53,221 nt of DNA from Acidobacteriota bacterium. GTDB taxonomy: Bacteria > Acidobacteriota > Terriglobia > Terriglobales > Acidobacteriaceae. Under the pieces are notes generated by a model. It worked only from the letters and a program-made list of their open reading frames with translations, had not been told where the DNA came from and made no database searches. How positions within the stretch are numbered: the first letter of the stretch is position 1; each line of letters opens with the position of its first letter. The translations under genes and the position numbers were made by a program. Positions 50,534 to 53,221 of this stretch are shown here, piece by piece. Location of the stretch: the NCBI GenBank assembly GCA_021819585.1, contig JAKAQS010000001.1, positions 1 to 53,221 of the forward strand, in the 5' to 3' direction.

Positions 50534-51145
50534 TCAATCTCCATACTTCACGCTGCAGCCGTATGGCCGGGTTACCGGAGTCTGGACCGGATCCCCTTTC
50601 ATCGCCTCCCGCAACGCCGCGCTCACATAGTTCGTCGCCCCTTGCAGGCTGGCCGGATCCGGCGTCGGACGGTCGTCGATCGCTCCCTCATAGATCAGCT
50701 TTCCCCGCGGATCGATCACGAACATGTCCGGCGTGGTTTTGGCGTCATACATCCGCCCGATCCTTCCGCTGGGGTCCAGAATCGCCGCTGTGGGTCCGGC
50801 ATGCATCTTCTTCAGGTAGGCGTTCTCCAGCTTCGGCGTTGCGTATCCCTGCTGCCCCGGCGCGGAGGAGATCACCGTCAGCCATACCACCCCCTTGGCC
50901 GTCCACTCCTTCTGCAGGCGCTCCATATTGCCGCTCTGGTAGTGCTTGCGCGTATAGGGGCAGTCCCGGTTGGTCCACTCCAGAACCACATACTTGCCAC
51001 GGTACTGCGCCAGCGTCTGCGTCTTTCCGTTGGAATCCTGGCCACGAAACTCCGGGGCGGCGTCTCCTGGCTTCAGCGCCAGCGCACTGAGTGGAATCAT
51101 CACCAACCCTGCCGCTACCAACCACCCGCACAATGACTTCTTCAT
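50534..51145 (-). CDS. Exported thioredoxin-fold redoxin (peroxiredoxin-like)
   Basis: Signal peptide, LEWTN.DCPY..KHY, AKTTP, Y.GAIDD, PYGCSVKY. Confidence 0.88.
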   Translation of the reverse strand: MKKSLCGWLVAAGLVMIPLSALALKPGDAAPEFRGQDSNGKTQTLAQYRGKYVVLEWTNRDCPYTRKHYQSGNMERLQKEWTAKGVVWLTVISSAPGQQGYATPKLENAYLKKMHAGPTAAILDPSGRIGRMYDAKTTPDMFVIDPRGKLIYEGAIDDRPTPDPASLQGATNYVSAALREAMKGDPVQTPVTRPYGCSVKYGD

Positions 51146-51212
51146 TGCAAGGATCCTCCTCGGCGCCCGATCCCAGGCATTCCTCTCAGACGAGCCGCCA
51201 AGGGATTTGGTT

Positions 51213-53221
51213 TCAGCGCGATTCGGCGGTCTGCGAGCCCATCGGCTTGGCGTCGGTCCGGATGGCTTTGAGCACGGCCTGCTTGGTCAGAACCTCGGGC
51301 AGGACGTCAGGATTGGAGATCTTGCCCGGTGGATAGATTACATAAGTAGGAACGCCACTTCTTCCCAGCGAGGCCAACTGTTTGGTGATCATCGGATCAT
51401 ACTGGGTCCAGTCAGCCTTCAGAAGCTGAACGTGGTTCTTTCCCAGCGCGCGCTCCACATCGGCGGACTCCAGCACAGCCCGCTCATTCACCTGGCAACT
51501 GAGACACCAGGCCGCTGTGAAGTCGATAAACACTGGATCTCCCGTTGCCCGGGCCGCCGTAAAATTCGCTTGGGTGTACGGCTTCCAGACCAGCGTATTT
51601 GCCTCCGGCCGGTGCAGGGGCAGCGTCAGTGCAACAGCAATCAGGGCCACCGCGGCCACCGATGCACCTCGCTTGGCCGGCCACCGGCCCAGCGCCCATC
51701 CGGCGATCGCCAAGATGAGGAAGCAGCCTAGCAGCCATGCCATGTGGTCGACCCCATCGGGCGAGTAGAGCCGGCCATAGACCCACGTCAGCCAGATGGC
51801 TGTGGCGAACAGAGGCGCCGCAACCAGGTTTTTGAGTATCTCCATCCAGGCGCCTGGCGGGGGCAGCACTTTGGTCCACTGGGGCTGCATCGTTAGCGCC
51901 AGAAAGGGAGCAGCCAGCCCCAGCGCCACGCTGGTGAACACTACAAAGGTAAGCCAGGCCTGCTGCACCAGCGCGAAACCGACCGCCGCACCCATCAAAG
52001 GAGCCATGCAGGGTGTGGCCACCACTGTGGCTAACATCCCGGTGAAGAAGCTACCCGTCAATCCCGGCTTCCTGGCCAGATCGCCGCCGGCGCTGGTCAG
52101 GGTGAGCCCAAGTTCGAACTGGCCCGCAAGGCTCAGGCCAAGGAAGAAGACCAATGACGCCAGAACGGCCACAAATCCGGGCGACTGCAACTGGAATCCC
52201 CAACCCAGCTCACGGCCGCCGGCTCTCAGGATCAGCAGACCGGCTACAATCGCCCAGAAACTGACGACGACCCCTGCCGTATACATCCATCCATGCGCCC
52301 TTTGCCGGGCCCGTTCTTCGCCGGCGGAGTGCAGCAGGCTCAACCCCTTCAAGAACAGCACCGGAAAGACGCACGGCATCAGATTCAGCAGCATACCTCC
52401 CAGGAACGCCAACCCAATCGCGCTGAACGCCGTCAATGCCTGGGCCTGATTCTGATCCTGATCTGGACTGTTGTCCGGCATCGTCTGCGCAGCCAGTGGA
52501 GGCGCCGGCACCACTCCCTGGGTTACAGGCACGGTGAAGTCAAAAGCCCCGATGTCAGGGAACTCCACCAGCGCGTGCAAGGTTGCGGGCGGGCTTACCG
52601 AATCCTGGGCTCGCTTCAGCCATACCTTGGCTCCATCCGCCAGGGGCTCAACCCGCTGTTCCGCGGCGTTGTCGATCACTTCGGAGTCGTAGGGATAGAT
52701 CTGGGCGCCTGTCTCCCGCGAGCCGGTCTTGAATGTAACCAGGATCTGCTTTGCATCGGTCACGGCTTTCGCGCTCATGCCATCCGATAGCGGCGAGGGT
52801 AACTCGGAGAGCGCAGTTCCCAGTGCCCCTACCTCCGGCGGTTGGGGAAGCGGGCCCTTCACCGCCTTCAGATCGATGCCCAGATGCGCCTTGCCGGGCA
52901 GGCAGACGCTGCTGCATACCAGCCAGCTTACATGCGCATCCAGATGCACCTTGCCCGGATGCAGGGTGGGCGAGGCCGTGAGCAGGACAGGGAAGGCCAC
53001 GCTGTCCTGGTAGCCAAAGTCCATTAGCGGTCCCAGGGGCAAGCGGCTGGGAGGAGGAAACTGCATCGGTCCCGCGGTCAGTCCCTTGGGCAGCGTCCAA
53101 TGGATAACCGGCGGCTCTCCCGAATCGCCGGCGTTGATCCAGTAGACGTGCCACCCCTCCTGAATGGTCAACACCAACCCGGCCTGCAGCGTCCCACCCA
53201 CGGCGATCTGGGGTGAAAGCG
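51213..53221 (-). CDS. dsbD: DsbD/ScsB-family protein-disulfide reductase (5' partial)
   Basis: GWHVYW.N.GDSG, CSSVC, TM domain LNLMPCVFP and ATPC.AP, C-terminal thioredoxin WCLSC; frame open to window end. Confidence 0.88.
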   Translation of the reverse strand, partial: LSPQIAVGGTLQAGLVLTIQEGWHVYWINAGDSGEPPVIHWTLPKGLTAGPMQFPPPSRLPLGPLMDFGYQDSVAFPVLLTASPTLHPGKVHLDAHVSWLVCSSVCLPGKAHLGIDLKAVKGPLPQPPEVGALGTALSELPSPLSDGMSAKAVTDAKQILVTFKTGSRETGAQIYPYDSEVIDNAAEQRVEPLADGAKVWLKRAQDSVSPPATLHALVEFPDIGAFDFTVPVTQGVVPAPPLAAQTMPDNSPDQDQNQAQALTAFSAIGLAFLGGMLLNLMPCVFPVLFLKGLSLLHSAGEERARQRAHGWMYTAGVVVSFWAIVAGLLILRAGGRELGWGFQLQSPGFVAVLASLVFFLGLSLAGQFELGLTLTSAGGDLARKPGLTGSFFTGMLATVVATPCMAPLMGAAVGFALVQQAWLTFVVFTSVALGLAAPFLALTMQPQWTKVLPPPGAWMEILKNLVAAPLFATAIWLTWVYGRLYSPDGVDHMAWLLGCFLILAIAGWALGRWPAKRGASVAAVALIAVALTLPLHRPEANTLVWKPYTQANFTAARATGDPVFIDFTAAWCLSCQVNERAVLESADVERALGKNHVQLLKADWTQYDPMITKQLASLGRSGVPTYVIYPPGKISNPDVLPEVLTKQAVLKAIRTDAKPMGSQTAESR

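Overview
A 53 kb high-GC bacterial chromosomal segment; gene content and style suggest Acidobacteriota (Acidobacteriaceae-like), which is inference from protein recognition only. From left to right: the terminal 126 bp of an IS1202/ISNCY-like insertion sequence; a LacI-regulated carbohydrate locus (DUF5107-TPR protein, sugar porter, GH59) converging on a GH78 alpha-L-rhamnosidase whose N-terminus looks fused to a decayed conjugative-element fragment; a compact, atypical pyrimidine operon (pyrD-like, pyrE, pyrF, pyrC, pyrB; no carAB/pyrR/pyrI/pyrK in the window); a PDZ/GAF/PAS sensor kinase with a sigma54-type regulator; then mostly core genes (hydrolases, M20 peptidase, plsC-like, SPOR, OMP, TPR, murA, murQ, serine hydrolase, lepB, tpiA, pgk, gap, ribA, LytS-type kinase, eno, gpmI, tsaC, TrmH, rarA, redoxin, partial dsbD). 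A ~65 bp IS481 transposase relic lies between murQ and murA. No rRNA, tRNA or CRISPR array was seen. No clearly complete novel system is evident; the best leads are the chimeric rhamnosidase, the DUF5107 sugar locus, the unusual pyr operon and two candidate structured RNAs.
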